From NCBI GenBank assembly GCA_026770705.1, contig JANJGN010000001.1, positions 142,290,001 through 142,354,000 on the forward strand: 64,000 nt of DNA. The letters are read 5' to 3'. Under the pieces are notes generated by a model. It worked only from the letters and a program-made list of their open reading frames with translations, made no database searches and was not told the origin of the DNA. This document shows, piece after piece, positions 25,886-39,005 of the stretch. The position numbers were made by a program, and so were the translations under genes. The number at the start of each line of letters is the position of its first letter. Position 1 is the first letter of the stretch. The DNA is from Isurus oxyrinchus (Eukaryota).

Positions 25886-26339
25886 TGTGATCACAAGACA
25901 TCTTAAAGCACTTTACAGGAAATTGAAGTATAGCCACTCTTGTAATGTTGGAAACATGGAAGCCCAATTGCACACAGCAAGCTCCCACAACAGCAATGAG
26001 GTAAGGATCAGATAATCTGTTTTTGTGATATTGGCTGAGGGATAAGTGTTGGCCCAGGACAGGGGGAGGAGAACTACCTCTTCGAAATAGTGCTATGGGA
26101 TCTTTTACATCCACCCGGGCATATGGGGACTTGGTTAACGTCGCATCTGAAAGATAGCACCTCTGACAATGCAGCACTCCTTCAGTCAGAAGTGGGGATG
26201 TTTACTGATGATTGTACAATATTCAGCACGATTCGCAACTCTTCAGATACTAAAGCAGTCTGTGTCCACATGCAGCAAGACCTGGACAACATTCGGGCTT
26301 GGACTGATGTGGCATGTAACGTTTGCACCACACCAGTTT

Positions 26340-27070
26340 TTTTCTTATTCGTTCATGGGATGTGAACATCACTGGCTAGGTCAGTGTTTATTGCCCAACC
26401 CCAATTGCCCTTGAGAAAGTGGTAGTGAGCTGCCTTCTCTAACCACTGCAGTCCGTGTGATGTACAACACCCACAGTGCTGTTAGGGAGGGAGTACCATA
26501 ATTTTAACCCAGTGACAGCGAAGGAATGGCAAAATATTTCCAAGTCAGGATGGTGAGTGGCTTGGAGGGGAATTTCCAGGTGGTGGTGTTCCCATCTATC
26601 TGCTGCCCTTCTCCTTCTAGATGGTAGTGGTCACGGGTTTGGAAGGTGCTTGGGTGAGTTCCTGCAGTGTATCCTGCCGATGGTACACATTGCTGCTACC
26701 GTGTGTCGGTGGTGGAGGGAGTGAATGTTTGTGGATGAGGTGCCAATATGGCGAGATGCTTTGTCCTGGATTATGTCAAGCTTCTTGAGTGTTGTTGGAG
26801 CTGCACCCATCCAGGCAAGTGGGGAGTATTCCATCACACTCCTGTCTTGTGCCTTGTAGATGGTGGACAGGCTCTGGGGAACCTGAAGGTGAGTTACTCG
26901 CTGCAGGATTCCTAGCCTCTGACCTGCTCTTTATGGCTAGTCCAGTTCAGTTTCTGGTAGGTGGTAACCCCCAGGATATTGCAAGTGGGGGATTCAGCGA
27001 TGGTGATGCCATGGAGTGTCAATGGGTAATGGTTAGATTCTCTCTTCTTGGGGATGGTCAATGCCAGGCA
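26340..27070 (-). mobile_element. CR1/L2-clade LINE 3' fragment
   Basis: MEYSPLAWMGAAPTTLKKLDIIQDKA...IHSLHHR and ILGVTTYQKLNWTSH. Confidence 0.85.
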
Positions 27071-28574
27071 TCCTCTGAACGAATAAGTTAAAAAAATATA
27101 TATACTGCACTGGAGCATCAGTGTTGGCTTTTGTACACAAGCCTTGGAGTGGGACCAGATAAGATTCAGATCTTAAAGCTGGTAATGCATGCTGGGAAAG
27201 GCCTAGACAGAAGCATGGCTTTCAGTTGGTTTTAGCAAGAAGAAAATGCTTCCAGAATTTAATGGATGGTTACTGAATTATTGCTAAAGCATTTACTGTG
27301 AAATGGGAATGGTAATGGCTGGCATTATGTTCTACACTGTAAAATTTTACTGATTATATTTGACATAATTATGCATGCATGAAAATGCATCACTCTGAAT
27401 TATTTTAGGAAATTCAATGTTTACAACTGTTGATCTGACAAACATGGGACTTTATCAGCTGTGAAATTTTTAAATGCTTTATCTCGTACAATGGCATATA
27501 AAATCTGGAGGCAACGAGTAGCACATTCATATCCGTTGCAGTTCACACACTATTCCAAGTTATTGAGTAGTGGGAAAGCTCAGCAGCTTGTCTTTGTTTA
27601 TAGAGTTAGAACATTTCTTACAGGCATGAGTGCTGGCAAATTACAATTAATCTATCCCACAATTCTTTTTCTTACTGTTTGTTTGGATTACAGTCAATTC
27701 TTCCTAAAGGCTTGTCACAAGCAGTTTGGAGCCACCTTAGATAAGAGTTTAGTTTTCACTTGTCTACTCATCAGCTGCATGAGTCACGACAATCTGTACT
27801 GACAGGCTTAAACTAGCAGGCCATGTATACACTCAGACACCCATGGGCTATATGCTCCTCTCTCTAACTGTGATTGCTCAGCTTTGAGCAGGAAACCCTT
27901 AATGTCTCAGTCAAAGCAAAATCCATGTTGGAAATAAACAAGTTGTGGTCTATTTTTCATGGCCACTGAATTCACTTACCCTCCTTTGGAGTATCCCTGG
28001 TGATGAAATGGCAATGTTCTCGGAGGTTGGGGAAAAGATTTTGTGGCGATTTTATGGGGGTCTCTCTACCGTGACAGTGTCGAACTTGCCTGTGACTGCC
28101 TGATGGGCTCTGAGAGACCACCGGGTTACCTTTGACCCCAAACACAGTGAGAGCTTCTGAGGACCAAGTGTGAGATTTCTTTGTTTGCCATTATAATGGA
28201 CGGGAAGAGACAGAGCAGTAGGAGAATAGGAGAGAATGCAGGAAAGGAGAGTGAGGGAGAATGGGAAGGGGTTATGCATTTCAAGCTGTTGTTCCCCAGC
28301 AACAGATGGTCCATGGGACCGAGAAAGCGGGTGAGATCCAAGGGGTTGTGGCAGCAGAGAAGGATCTGGATCATAATCCTGGGACTTCTGCTGAACCCTA
28401 TCCTCAGCATCACATCCCTCCACTTCCTCATTCTCATCATCATCATCTCCATCACAGTCCACAAGAATACATTAAATAGGTGCAGGAGTAGGCCATATGG
28501 CCCCTATCTGTTCTTCCATTCAATAAGATTATCTATCTATCTATCTCAATTTTACTTTCCTCCCCCATCTCCAT

Positions 28575-28935
28575 GTTCATTATTGTCACTAGACTAATAA
28601 CCCAGAGGCACAGGTTCAAATCCCACCATGGCAGCTGGTGGAATTTAAATTTAATTAGTAAAATCTGGAAGTGAAAGCTAGTCTCAGTAATGGTGACCAT
28701 GAAACAATCACTGATTGTCATAAAAACCAATTTGGTGTACTAATGTCCTTTAGGGAAAGAAATATGCTACCTTTACCTGGTCTGACCTACGTGTGACTCC
28801 AGGTCCACAGCAATGTCGTTGACTCCTAACTGCCCTCTGAAATGGCCTCGCCACTCTGTTCGAGGCATTTAGGGTTGGATAACAAATGCTGGCCTTGCCA
28901 ACAACTCCCACATCTCAAGAAAGAATAAATTAAAA
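28575..28935 (+). mobile_element. tRNA-derived SINE (same family as 795)
   Basis: ggttcaaatcccaccatggcagctggtggaattt ... ctaatgtcctttaggga ... cccacatc. Confidence 0.8.
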
Positions 28936-30169
28936 AATCTATTCATCTTAATTTTGAATATACACATCCACAGTTCTCTGGTGTATTGAAATCCAAAGAT
29001 CCACAACCCTCTGAGTGAAGAAATTTCTCCTCATCTCAGTCCTAATTTAATCGACTCCTTATTCTGAGACTGATCTCTATTTCTAAATGCCCTAGCCAGG
29101 GGAAGCAGCCTCTCAGTAAATACCCTGTTTCAACTAGATTTCGGGATAAATTCCCCCCAGCTCCTTTCCAATATCACTATCCTCATTCCTTGTGCCCCCC
29201 CCCCCCTCCACCCCTCTCTTATTGCTGTGTGGGTCTTTAAGAGAGAAGAGCATTAAATGTGAATGGATGAGCACAGATTAAGGAGGCAGAGAAGATTCTG
29301 GACCTTTTTGGTCATCTGGCACTTACCAGGGATGCCACAGTAAATGTGTAGGTGTGTGTTCACTAACCCACTCCCTTGAAAACCAATCACCCCAGATATC
29401 AGGGAAAGCTAGATAAGTGCGTGAGGAAGTAAGGAATAAAACGATAGGGTGAGATGAAGTAAGGTGCAGCAGAAACACTGGCATAGACTAGTTGGGTTGA
29501 ATGGTCTGTTTGTTTGTGCTGTAAAAATGCTAACATATATGCTAATGGACTCTACTGTTTATAGCAAGATCAGCACCTGACATTATTGTTGGGTGCAACT
29601 GTAGTATTATTGGACCTGTGGAACTGTGGGAGTAACTTTCAGTGGATCACCTCCTAATTTTCATTCTAGTGTTGTACAAAGGTTGTGTGATTAGCTCTGC
29701 GAAATTATCTCCCAGGCAGTGCAGTTGAAAATTACCCACAGTATATCACCTCGTTTCTATCAAGATGGCAAGTTGGTACAATGCTCTGAAGCTTTATGGT
29801 ACAGTGCCAAAGAATTCTTGGACATGCACTGATGTAACTTTCTAGCTCTCAGCAGTTCTATCAGATACTAAGCTGTAGCATGACCTTCTGAAGAAGACAG
29901 ATTAAAATGGATCGGGGATACCCTAATTCTACTTGTGCATCTCTCAGATGGTTTGAGTATTTTAGGCATAGCATACTTGGGAAAGGGTGCGCTGCAAACA
30001 GTGAGTGTCACCTAAGTTAGGTGATGTGATTAGAATAAGTAAAAGTTATTCTAAAAGCCTTTCCAAAAGTCCCAAAATCTTCTTTAAGAGGCAGTATGGC
30101 TCTTCCCACAGCCACTCCTCCCCCAACACCCACCTACACAAACTATTTTAATTTAACTATGTGGTTATT

Positions 30170-30460
30170 AGCTAGAGGTTTTGTGATGAAGCAGTTAGCA
30201 TTCCTGCCTCCGTGTCAGAAGCTCCAGGTGAGAGTCGCATCCCAGGACTTGATGGCCAAAGGAAGGCGCGTTCATAATGCGGCCAAACGGGTTGAGTATC
30301 AACCTGCAAATCCTTCCAACACACGCCAATGGCAGGCGGCAAGAGTGGGAGAGATTCCTGGTTAGCCATGGATGGAAAGACAGTTGGAGCCTCTCCCCTC
30401 ACCATCCATAGCTCCAGGCTAGATCATGCATGTAAAAGGGCACATTGCCATCACAACTCC
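30170..30460 (+). mobile_element. Third tRNA-headed SINE-like family
   Basis: Homologous to 38710-39005 (-) and partly to 62040-62225 (-). Confidence 0.65.
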
Positions 30461-31244
30461 CATTCCCTGAGTGAACTGTAACACAGCACAGCCATTATCA
30501 CACTGCCGTCTATGGGAGCTTGCTATTCCACAAATTGATTGTCACATTTCCTACATTACAACAGTGACTACACTTCAGATGTACTCGGCTGCAAGGTATT
30601 TTGGGTCTCCTGGCTCTTGAAAGACGCTATATAAATACAAGCCTTTTTTCCTTCATTTTTGCCTGATGTTTGTGAGAAATTATGGAACACTTGGATAGGT
30701 TTTCAACTTGCTGCTTGTTATTGTGAATTGTCACCCCCATTACAGAGACCACATTTTGCCGTCCACTTAAATGGAAATGAAAATCAAATGCTTTCCATGG
30801 CAGCAAACAATCTATAATGCTGCATTCCTGCCCTCGAGGAACTGGAGTATTTATTTCAAAGCATTATGTTTCACAAAATGTTAGCCTGCTTTTAGTGAAT
30901 AGGAATGTGCCACCATTTGAATTGCAGCAAAAATTGGTGAACTCATTACATTAGCAAGCGGGATGTATCTGACTCCTTCAAAAACATAAGATATTTACTA
31001 ATAAACATGATGGGGAAATCAGAGAAAAACATCTTTACCCAAAGACTGGTGAGAATGTAGAACCTGCTACCACACAGAGAGCTTGAGGCAAATCCTCAAG
31101 ATACATTTAAGGGGTAGAATAAACATGTGATGGAAATGGAAATAGAGGATAAACTGATGAACAGGGATGGGAGGAGGCTTGTGTGAAACACAGGTATGGA
31201 GTTGTTGGGTCGAATGCCCTGTTTTTACGTTGTAAGTTCGATGT

Positions 31245-32230
31245 ATCCACGTGCAGTCCCTCAGTGATATCATTCGAAAACACAACATCAGGCACCACAT
31301 TTCCAGTGATGACACTTGGCTCTGTCCTACCATCACAGCACTGTTTCTAACTTGCCACATTGCTTGTCTGCTGTCCAATATTGCATGAGCAGAAATTTAT
31401 ACCAAGTAAATTTTGGGAAGACTGAAGCCATGGCCTTCGGTGCTCATCACAAATTTTGTTTCATAACTACCGTTCCTATCCCTGCCAACTGTCTGAAGTT
31501 GAGCCAGACCATTTGCAACCTTGGTGTTTTGTTTGGTCTTGAGATGAGCTTCTCAATACATGTCCACTCCAAGACTGCCTGCTTCACCATCTGTAACATC
31601 ACCCCACTATGACTGGCCTCAACTCAACTATAACTGAAACCTTGTCCATGCTTTGTTACCTCACCTCTAAGCTTGTCTGCTGCAATACTGTCCTGGCCGG
31701 CATCCCCTCTTCCACCATACATAAATTTGTGCTCAACTAATACTCTGCTGCCTGTATCTTTACTCGAACCAAATCTTGCTCACACATCTTCCCTGTGCTT
31801 GCTGACTTACATTGGCTCCCAGTCCAACACTACCTCAATTTTAAAATTCTTAGCCTTGTTTTCAAATCACTCCGTGGTCTCATCTCTTCCTACCTCTGTA
31901 TCCTCCTCCAGCCTTGCAAGTCTTTGAGATCTCTGCATTGCTCCAATTCTGGCCTGTTGTGCATCCATGATTTTAATCGCTCCACCATTGGCTGCCCTGC
32001 TTTCAGCTGCCTAGGCCCTAAGCATTGGAAATCCCTCGCCAAGCCTTGCCGCCAAAACTGCTCTCTTCTCTTTTATGATTCTCCTTAAAAGGCACCACTT
32101 TGACCAAGCTTTTGGTGAACTGTCCTGAATCTCCATCTGTGGTTTGGTGTCAATTTATTTTTATGGGTGATGCTTTAATTGAACATTTTTCTAAATTAAA
32201 GGCGCTAAATAAATGCAAGTTGTTGCTGTT
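31245..32230 (+). mobile_element. L2 LINE ORF2 3' part + tail (degenerate)
   Basis: N.GKTE, NLGVLF, LADLHWLPVQHYLNFKILSLVFKSL motifs. Tail aaggcgctaaataaatgcaagttgttg. Confidence 0.85.
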
Positions 32231-32639
32231 GTAATTCTGTGCAATAATTACCTTTCCTCTGTCTTCAAGTTCAACATGTTGGAAACAGGCAATGTATATT
32301 GTGGTAACAAAGGAGTTAAAAGAATAAATCCAGATTACAGAAGGACCAAGTGGACTGGGACTTAGATTAGATTGTTTGTTTGGAGGCTGAAACAAGATCT
32401 CAGGGAAGAAGCAGCAACAGCGAGGTGAACATGTCTTTTTTTCATGCATCCATTCACGGGGTGTGGGTATCGCTGGCTAAGCCAGCATTTATTTCCCGTC
32501 CCTAATTGCCCTTGAGAAGGTGTTGGTGAGCCACCTTCCTGAACCGTTGCAGTCCCTGTGGTGTAGGCACACCCACAGTGCTGTTAGGGAGGGAGTTCCG
32601 GGATTTTTGTCCCAGCGACAGTGAAGGAACGGTGATATA

Positions 32640-33880
32640 GGTTGGATATTGGCGTTGGGTGTCATGTCGGGTGTGAGCGGACAATATGGGCAGAGGGCCA
32701 AAAATTGGTTTTATGCCAGTGTGAAAGCAGTTTGCGATTGTCTGCTCTGCCCGTCAATGGCGGCCATGTTTCCTGCCGCCAGACGTCGGGAAAATCATTT
32801 TGATACATTTGCACCTAATTATAATCCCTGCTCATTGGAATCATTCCCCCGCACTGGACCATTCAGTTTCACAACTGTACGTAAGCGACGTGCACCTGGC
32901 GAGCTGCATTTCACTCGGGACTTCAAGGTTTGTTTGCCAACCTTTCTTCTGGCATCACTCACAGTCAACAGCGCCAGGATTCACAGGCAGTGCCACGTCA
33001 TTTTTAGGGGGGCTCACGGGCAGGTCTCTACTTACCAGACACCAGCTGTAAGGCAGGGTAGCTTTTCAATGGCTGCAGGGCTAGGCCTTGCTTGGGGTAG
33101 GGGGAGAAGTGGTCTCAGTCAAGGGAAGAGGCTGCAGGGTGAGGGCTGTATTGGGGAAGGAGGGTATCCCAGGGTGTGTGGGGGGCACATGTTGATCTGT
33201 GCAAGTGGCCTCAAAAGGGTGAGGGCTGAGGAGGCAGCCTCCAGAGGAGATGAGGCCAGATGGTGATGTGAGGGTTTGTGTCAGAGAATGAGTGGTGATG
33301 TCTTTTGAGCCGGCAGTGAGTGAGATGCAAGTGAAGATTTGTGAGTGTGAGTTTGGAGGATTGAGAGGGCGGCACAAATGAGACCATTCATCCATTTTCT
33401 ACACTGGATGGCCAACCTTTTGTGTGCAGCATTGGCACTGACCACCTCTGCCACCACCTCCCAAGCCGGAGCTGTGAGACTGATGGGCCTCTTGTAGCCA
33501 GAGCAAGGGTAACAGACATTGCTGTAGGCCTCCACAATGTCCAGGAGGCATCCCAGGGATGTGTCACTGAATCAGGCGGCTTCACTCTTCTTGGATTTTG
33601 TGGCCATGTCTTCACCAGCGCACTCCTGAACTTCAAGCATTGAGAAGTGTGGGCGCGGCTTCAGTTTAAATATGGCGCCCTGCGTGAGGAAGCGACGAGG
33701 TAGTGGTGGGCAAATTGGAGGCTGCCCACTAGTGAAACAGCGTGTTTCCTGTGACTACATAATTAATGAGGCAGGAATGGGACGATACAGCACAAAAAAG
33801 CTGCCATTGCGGCTGGCGGATAAGATGTCCTTTTTCTTGCCTGCTAACGCACTTGGTGCAAATGTGGAACAATTCCGCCC
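32640..33880. mobile_element. PIF/Harbinger-type deletion derivative
   Basis: 3-bp duplication ATA (32637-32639, 33881-33883). Ends ggttggatatt / aattccgccc. Carries a Myb/SANT remnant. Confidence 0.75.
33369..33607 (-). pseudogene. Myb/SANT-like (Harbinger DNA-binding protein) remnant
   Basis: MATKSKKSEAA*FSDTSLGCLLDIVEA...APAWEVVAEVVSANAAHKRLAIQCRKWMNGLICAA. Trihelix pattern F-S-D..L-L / W..VA..V / R..QC.K..N.L. One in-frame TGA. Confidence 0.7.
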
Positions 33881-35945
33881 ATAGTTTCAAGCCAGCATGG
33901 TGTGTGGCTTGGAGGGGAACTTGCAGGTGGTGGTCTTCCCATGCGTTTGCTGCCCTTGTCCTTCTAGGTGGTAGAGGTTGCAGATTTGGAAGGTGCTGTC
34001 GAAGGAGCCTCGGTGAGTTGCTGCTGTGAATTTTTCAGATGGTATACATTACTGCCACTGTGTATCAGTGGTGGAGGGAGTGAATGTTTAAGGTGGTAGA
34101 TGGGGTGCTAATCAAGTGGGCTGCTTTGTCCTGGACGGTGTCCAGCTTCTTGAATGTTGTTGGAGCTGTACTCATCCAGGGAATTGGAGAGTATTCCATC
34201 ACACTCCTGACTTGTGCCTTGTAGATGGTGGATAGGCTTTGGGGAGTCAGGAGCTGAGTTACTCGCCACAGGATTCCCAGCCTCTGACCTGCTCTTACAG
34301 CCACAGTATTTATATGGCTGGTCCAATTCAGCTTCTGGTCAATGGTGACCCCCCCCCCCAGGATGTTGATTTCTGACACAGTATATATTGAGGAGCATCT
34401 CTTCCAGCAAGCAGTTAAAGCCACTGATTCCTAAGAATGATGGTTCAAACACATATATGGGAAAGGAGGAGAATGTAAATTGTAAACTAGAAAATGTGAA
34501 AATGGGATTGTATGCATGTGGCTTTGAAGCATCCACTGAATCGCTCACAACTGTACCATCTGTGGGAAGAGGACATTGTGGCTGTCACATTGCTCTAAGC
34601 AGAAAGCTCAGAGATGAAGTCAATTTTTAATGGCTTAATTTTTGCAACCTACCATATCCTGCGGGCTAAAAACACTCTGTATGTATTGTTAATAACTATG
34701 AATTAACTATTGCTTAACTATTAACATGCTTGTTTGACGTCCTGGTTTGACAAAGAACTAAGAGCTATGTTGACAAAAATAGATCATGTGTAAAAGTACT
34801 GCTTGGAATAGGAACTGACAAAAAGCTCGTCAGTTCACCAGGGGTGAGATGAGGACAGTGTTTTTAAATGCAGTGATTTGCTGATCTGAATGACACTGCC
34901 TGATGGAAGCAGATTCCATACTAACTTTCAAAAGGAAATGAGATAAATATTTGAAGTAAAACTTTGCAGGGCTATGGGGGTAAGGGGAGGGATGTGGGGG
35001 TCTAATTGGTTAGCTCTTTCAGAGAGCTGCCACTGACATGATGGGCTGAATGGTTTCCTCCTGCGTTGTATCGTTCAATGAATCTACCTACAATACACTG
35101 ATCAGATGAAAATCAAAATCAAAATAAATGTCAAATGTTTTCAGAACAGCCAGAATTTCAGTCTAATCTAAATAATATTAACTTCAATTTTTCAAAGGTA
35201 AGAAAATCACAAGTTCAGAGAGAAGTCATTTTAGCAAGAGTGAGATCAAATAAGATGTGACATTATATCCCCAGATGTCTGAATACAAACAAACCCTTTT
35301 CTTTCTACCATCTGACAGTCCTCTCAATGGAGTCTACAAATACATTTAACTTGCTTGGTAATTCATTCTTAACTCTGTTTCAGACCTCTATGATGGCAGA
35401 AGAAAACACTATTGGGATTTTTCTCACAAAAGAAAGAGATTGAAATGACACAGGTATTTTGTACGAAAATTGTGCATTTAAAAACTTTTTGCAGATGTTG
35501 AGCTGAACATGCAGAAAAAGTCATGCGGACTTTGATGTTTTATTAGTAGTCCCCCTTTGCTCATTTCTTGTTAATGTTGTTGAGAGAATTTGGACTCAGT
35601 GATGATATTGTAATTAAGCACTTGGTGGGGGGTGAATTTCCACATAGCGAATTTCACACCTGTAGAAATAGGTCTGGAGAGATAGTTACATGAGGCTCCC
35701 CCGGACCAGCTCAGTTGCATATCAATTGGTCAACTATTGGCACACATCCCATACAAAATGGGGGAGTGCATGGCTATTAGAGTGTAGTGTTTAAGCACAG
35801 TTCTGGCTGCCTGGGGGACAACCAGGTTACAAAGGAGCAGCATCTTGACTGTCACTTGACCCTCAGATAACGTTATTGCCCATTTCATTGATCTGATTAT
35901 CATTCCAGATTGCTCACCACAGGAGCAGCTTGTATACAGTCAAAC

Positions 35946-36170
35946 ATGGCAGTGGTCAGACCTGGAAGAGGTGCTTCAATTTTCCAGACTTTGACCTGCA
36001 CATCCTCCTCAAAGAAAGGGATATCAGGAAACATCTGGCAATAAGCCTGCCAAGACTATTACATACCACCTGGAGGGAGATTGGCACTGGTGCTGATTGC
36101 CAACTCTCTTGTTCCCTCACTGCAGACCAATGCTTCAAGAAGTTCAAAAACCTCCTCGGGGCGGGCAAGG
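35946..36170 (+). pseudogene. Second Myb/SANT-like Harbinger remnant
   Basis: KRCFNFPDFDLHILLKE...TTWREIG...SLTADQCFKKFKNLLGAGK, ending at AAG|gt. The candidate ATG at 35946 is out of frame. Confidence 0.6.
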
Positions 36171-38469
36171 TATAGGAACATAGGACTTAGCATCAGGAGC
36201 AGGCCATTTGGCCCTTCGAGCTTGCTCCACCATTCAATAAGATCATGGCTGGTCTGGTTATGGTCTCAACTCCACTTTCCTGTCTGTCCTCCATAATCCT
36301 TGACTCCCTTGTCTATCACAAATCTGTCTAACTCAGCTGTGAATAAATTCAATGACCCAGCCTCCATTGCTTTCTGGGGAAGAGAATTCCACAGACTAAC
36401 GACCCTCTGAGAGTAAACATTTCTCCCAATCTCAGTCACGGATAATGCACCCATTACTTTTCCTTTTCTTCCTGGACCAGCGGGCTCCACAGAGGACTCT
36501 TTACTTTTTAAAAGTAACCACTCTACAACTCATGATGCACAATGCACTCAGGTTAAGGAGACCACTAGCTGAGATGTTGCACTGTGACTAGAGTGAGTGC
36601 TGTGATAAGAGGGTTGTTTTATGAGGAAAGATTGAGTGGAATGGGCCTATATTCTCTGAAGTTGTAAGAATGGGTGATGAGCTCATTGATACTTAGACAA
36701 TTCTTAAAAGGCTTGGCAGGGTAGATATGGAGAGGTTGTTTCCTCTGGCTGGAGAATCTAGAACTTGGGGTTAAACCTTACAAGGGATACTGGTACATAA
36801 TTCCCGTGTGAGATAGGGCACTGTGGATGGCCGGGGGCTGGGGGGGTGGTTGGGGGGTGCGGGGAGGGATTGAATTTCCACTTTTATCACTTTGCGAAGC
36901 TGATGGGTATTGACTCTGATCTTGCTGTGTTCAAGATGGTGAGGCTGTGGAAATATTGCCAAGTTAGGACATCATAGGAAGGATGTGATTGCACTAGAGA
37001 GAGAGAGAGAGACTGCAGAGGAGATTTACCAGGATGTAGCCTGGGCTGGAGAGTTTTAGTTGTGCTGTAGACCTCTATGACTCTATGACACCCACACTGT
37101 TGCCTTGTGAAGTATGGCACAGATACAACCTTTCTCTTAATCCCAAGGGAATAATGCCAGCAATTCTTAACTTCCGTCCTCCTTTCGTGAAAAATCCTTC
37201 AGAGGAGGAGGAAGATGATGGTGAAGGGCAACAGAAATAATAGAGGCAGAACTACTTTCCTGTCAATTGTGATGCTCATGAGGAGGAAGAGAATGAGGAA
37301 GAGGGTGATGTTTTCCTCAAGATCACCCATGAGTTCCAGCAAAAATTTCCAGCCCTCTATTCTTCTGTGTTAATTATATGTTAATTATATTTTTAGGATA
37401 CACATGCCACAGGCATTGTTTAATTAAGCACTTAGAACACTTATAAAGAGAGACTGTTGCCAGAGTGGGTTTATAATGCTGCAGGCAGACACGTGTAATG
37501 CTGTAAATAAAGGTGCTATCAAGAAAAGGATTTATGCCGTGTTTCAGAATTCACCATTTGGCTTTATCACTTTGCCTCTTTCACCTGAAACATGTGCTTC
37601 TTGACTCCCATACACAAATTCAGATATTTTCACATCATAGGTGCCTGATTTACACCTTCAAAGGGGCCTATCAGCTGAAACAGGAGAACTCTTTGAACAC
37701 CATTTCATAACGGAGCTGGTGCTATTGCCGCTGTAAACAGGGCAGTGAGGTCACCACCTCCATTTTGAGCCTGTCACCACATGCTTTGGACCAGGCAAAA
37801 GCAGCCAAGATTGTCCCCTGAGAATCTGGCAATGGCACAGCCATGAATGGCCGAAGGAACTTTCTCCGCAGCAATTAATATGATTTCATGGATAGCTCCT
37901 TATTGAGACTACTCATGTAAACTTTCCCACACAAACAGGGGAGCCCTGGCTATGTGGCTCCATAGAATAGACCATTCATGCCGTAGTTTGTGAAAAAAAT
38001 TGGAATGCAAGACAGGTATTTGCGTCAATATTGGAGAACTTGATCAAGTTAAGAAATGAGCATTTCACCCTCCAAAATTACAGAGCCATATAACAATCAA
38101 AAAATAATTATACTGAATTTCTATCTATTTAAGAAAAGATTGCTTCTTATCTCACCTAAAGGGCAAATTGTAGTGCAAAATTGTACTGCAACTATTATGA
38201 CATCATGTCAAAAGTCTAGTTCAATAATGTTCCCAGCTACGATTGCAGAAATAAATGATATTTTCACTTTGGTGTATAGTTATTACATTTTCAGCTGAGA
38301 GAGGTTAGCCCGCCATGGTCTGGAAGTATTGGGAAAAGTGAATTAAAGTGGTAGCAACAAGTTGTGATTTCAATACAGCAGGCGGTATATGGTAGAGAAA
38401 TTTATGTAGGATAACACTGTTGAAGTGTACAAGGGGAGCAATTACAAATAAGATAAAGGTCTGCTATAA

Positions 38470-39005
38470 CTGGTTTGGGGGCTGGTTAGCGTGTGGATCA
38501 GATTAATCACAACAGCATGGGGTTCAATCCCCATTCTGGCTGAGGTAGACCCAGGCCATTCTTCTTCTTCAGTTCTCTGCACAAAGGCGGGTCTGACCCA
38601 TAGCGCCACAGGTCCTGAATCCACCCCAGCCAGAAATGGAATCGAACTCCATGCTGTTGGCACCAATCTGATCCGTGCTGGCCGTCCAGTCAGTTGAGCC
38701 AACCAGCACTCCCCCACACCAAGGAGTCCGAGTTGCTGTGGCAATGTGCACTTTTACATGCATGTTGTAGTCTGGAGCTATGGATAATAATGGTGGAGGC
38801 TCCAATTTATTTCCATCACATGGCTGATCTGGAATCTCTTCCACTCTTACCTCCTGCCATTTGGAAGGATTTACAGGTTGATGCTCAACCTGTTTGGCCA
38901 TATTATGACCACCTTCTTGGCCATCAAGTCCTGGAGTGGGATTTGAACCCAGAGATTCTGGCTCAGGAGCAGGTACGCTACCCACTGTGCCACAAGACCT
39001 CCCGC
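38470..39005 (-). mobile_element. Composite tRNA-derived SINE with a second tRNA-like module and an inverted partial copy
   Basis: Head (reverse strand) gtggcacagtgggtagcg...gggttcaaatccc. Second module ggagttcgattcc. 38481-38555 is an inverted counterpart of 38605-38705. Confidence 0.6.

Larger units (their letters stand above)
32440..34370 (-). mobile_element. CR1/L2-clade LINE 3' fragment split by a Harbinger-type insertion
   Basis: GVTIDQKLNWTSHINTVA.RAGQRLGIL...YKAQVRSVMEYS. The sequence is continuous once 32640-33880 is removed. Confidence 0.85.

Noticed and set aside
28052-28462. Acidic ORF MDCDGDDDDENEEVEG
   Set aside because: Driven by (CAT)n-like low complexity. Possibly a transposon relic, but no recognisable domain.
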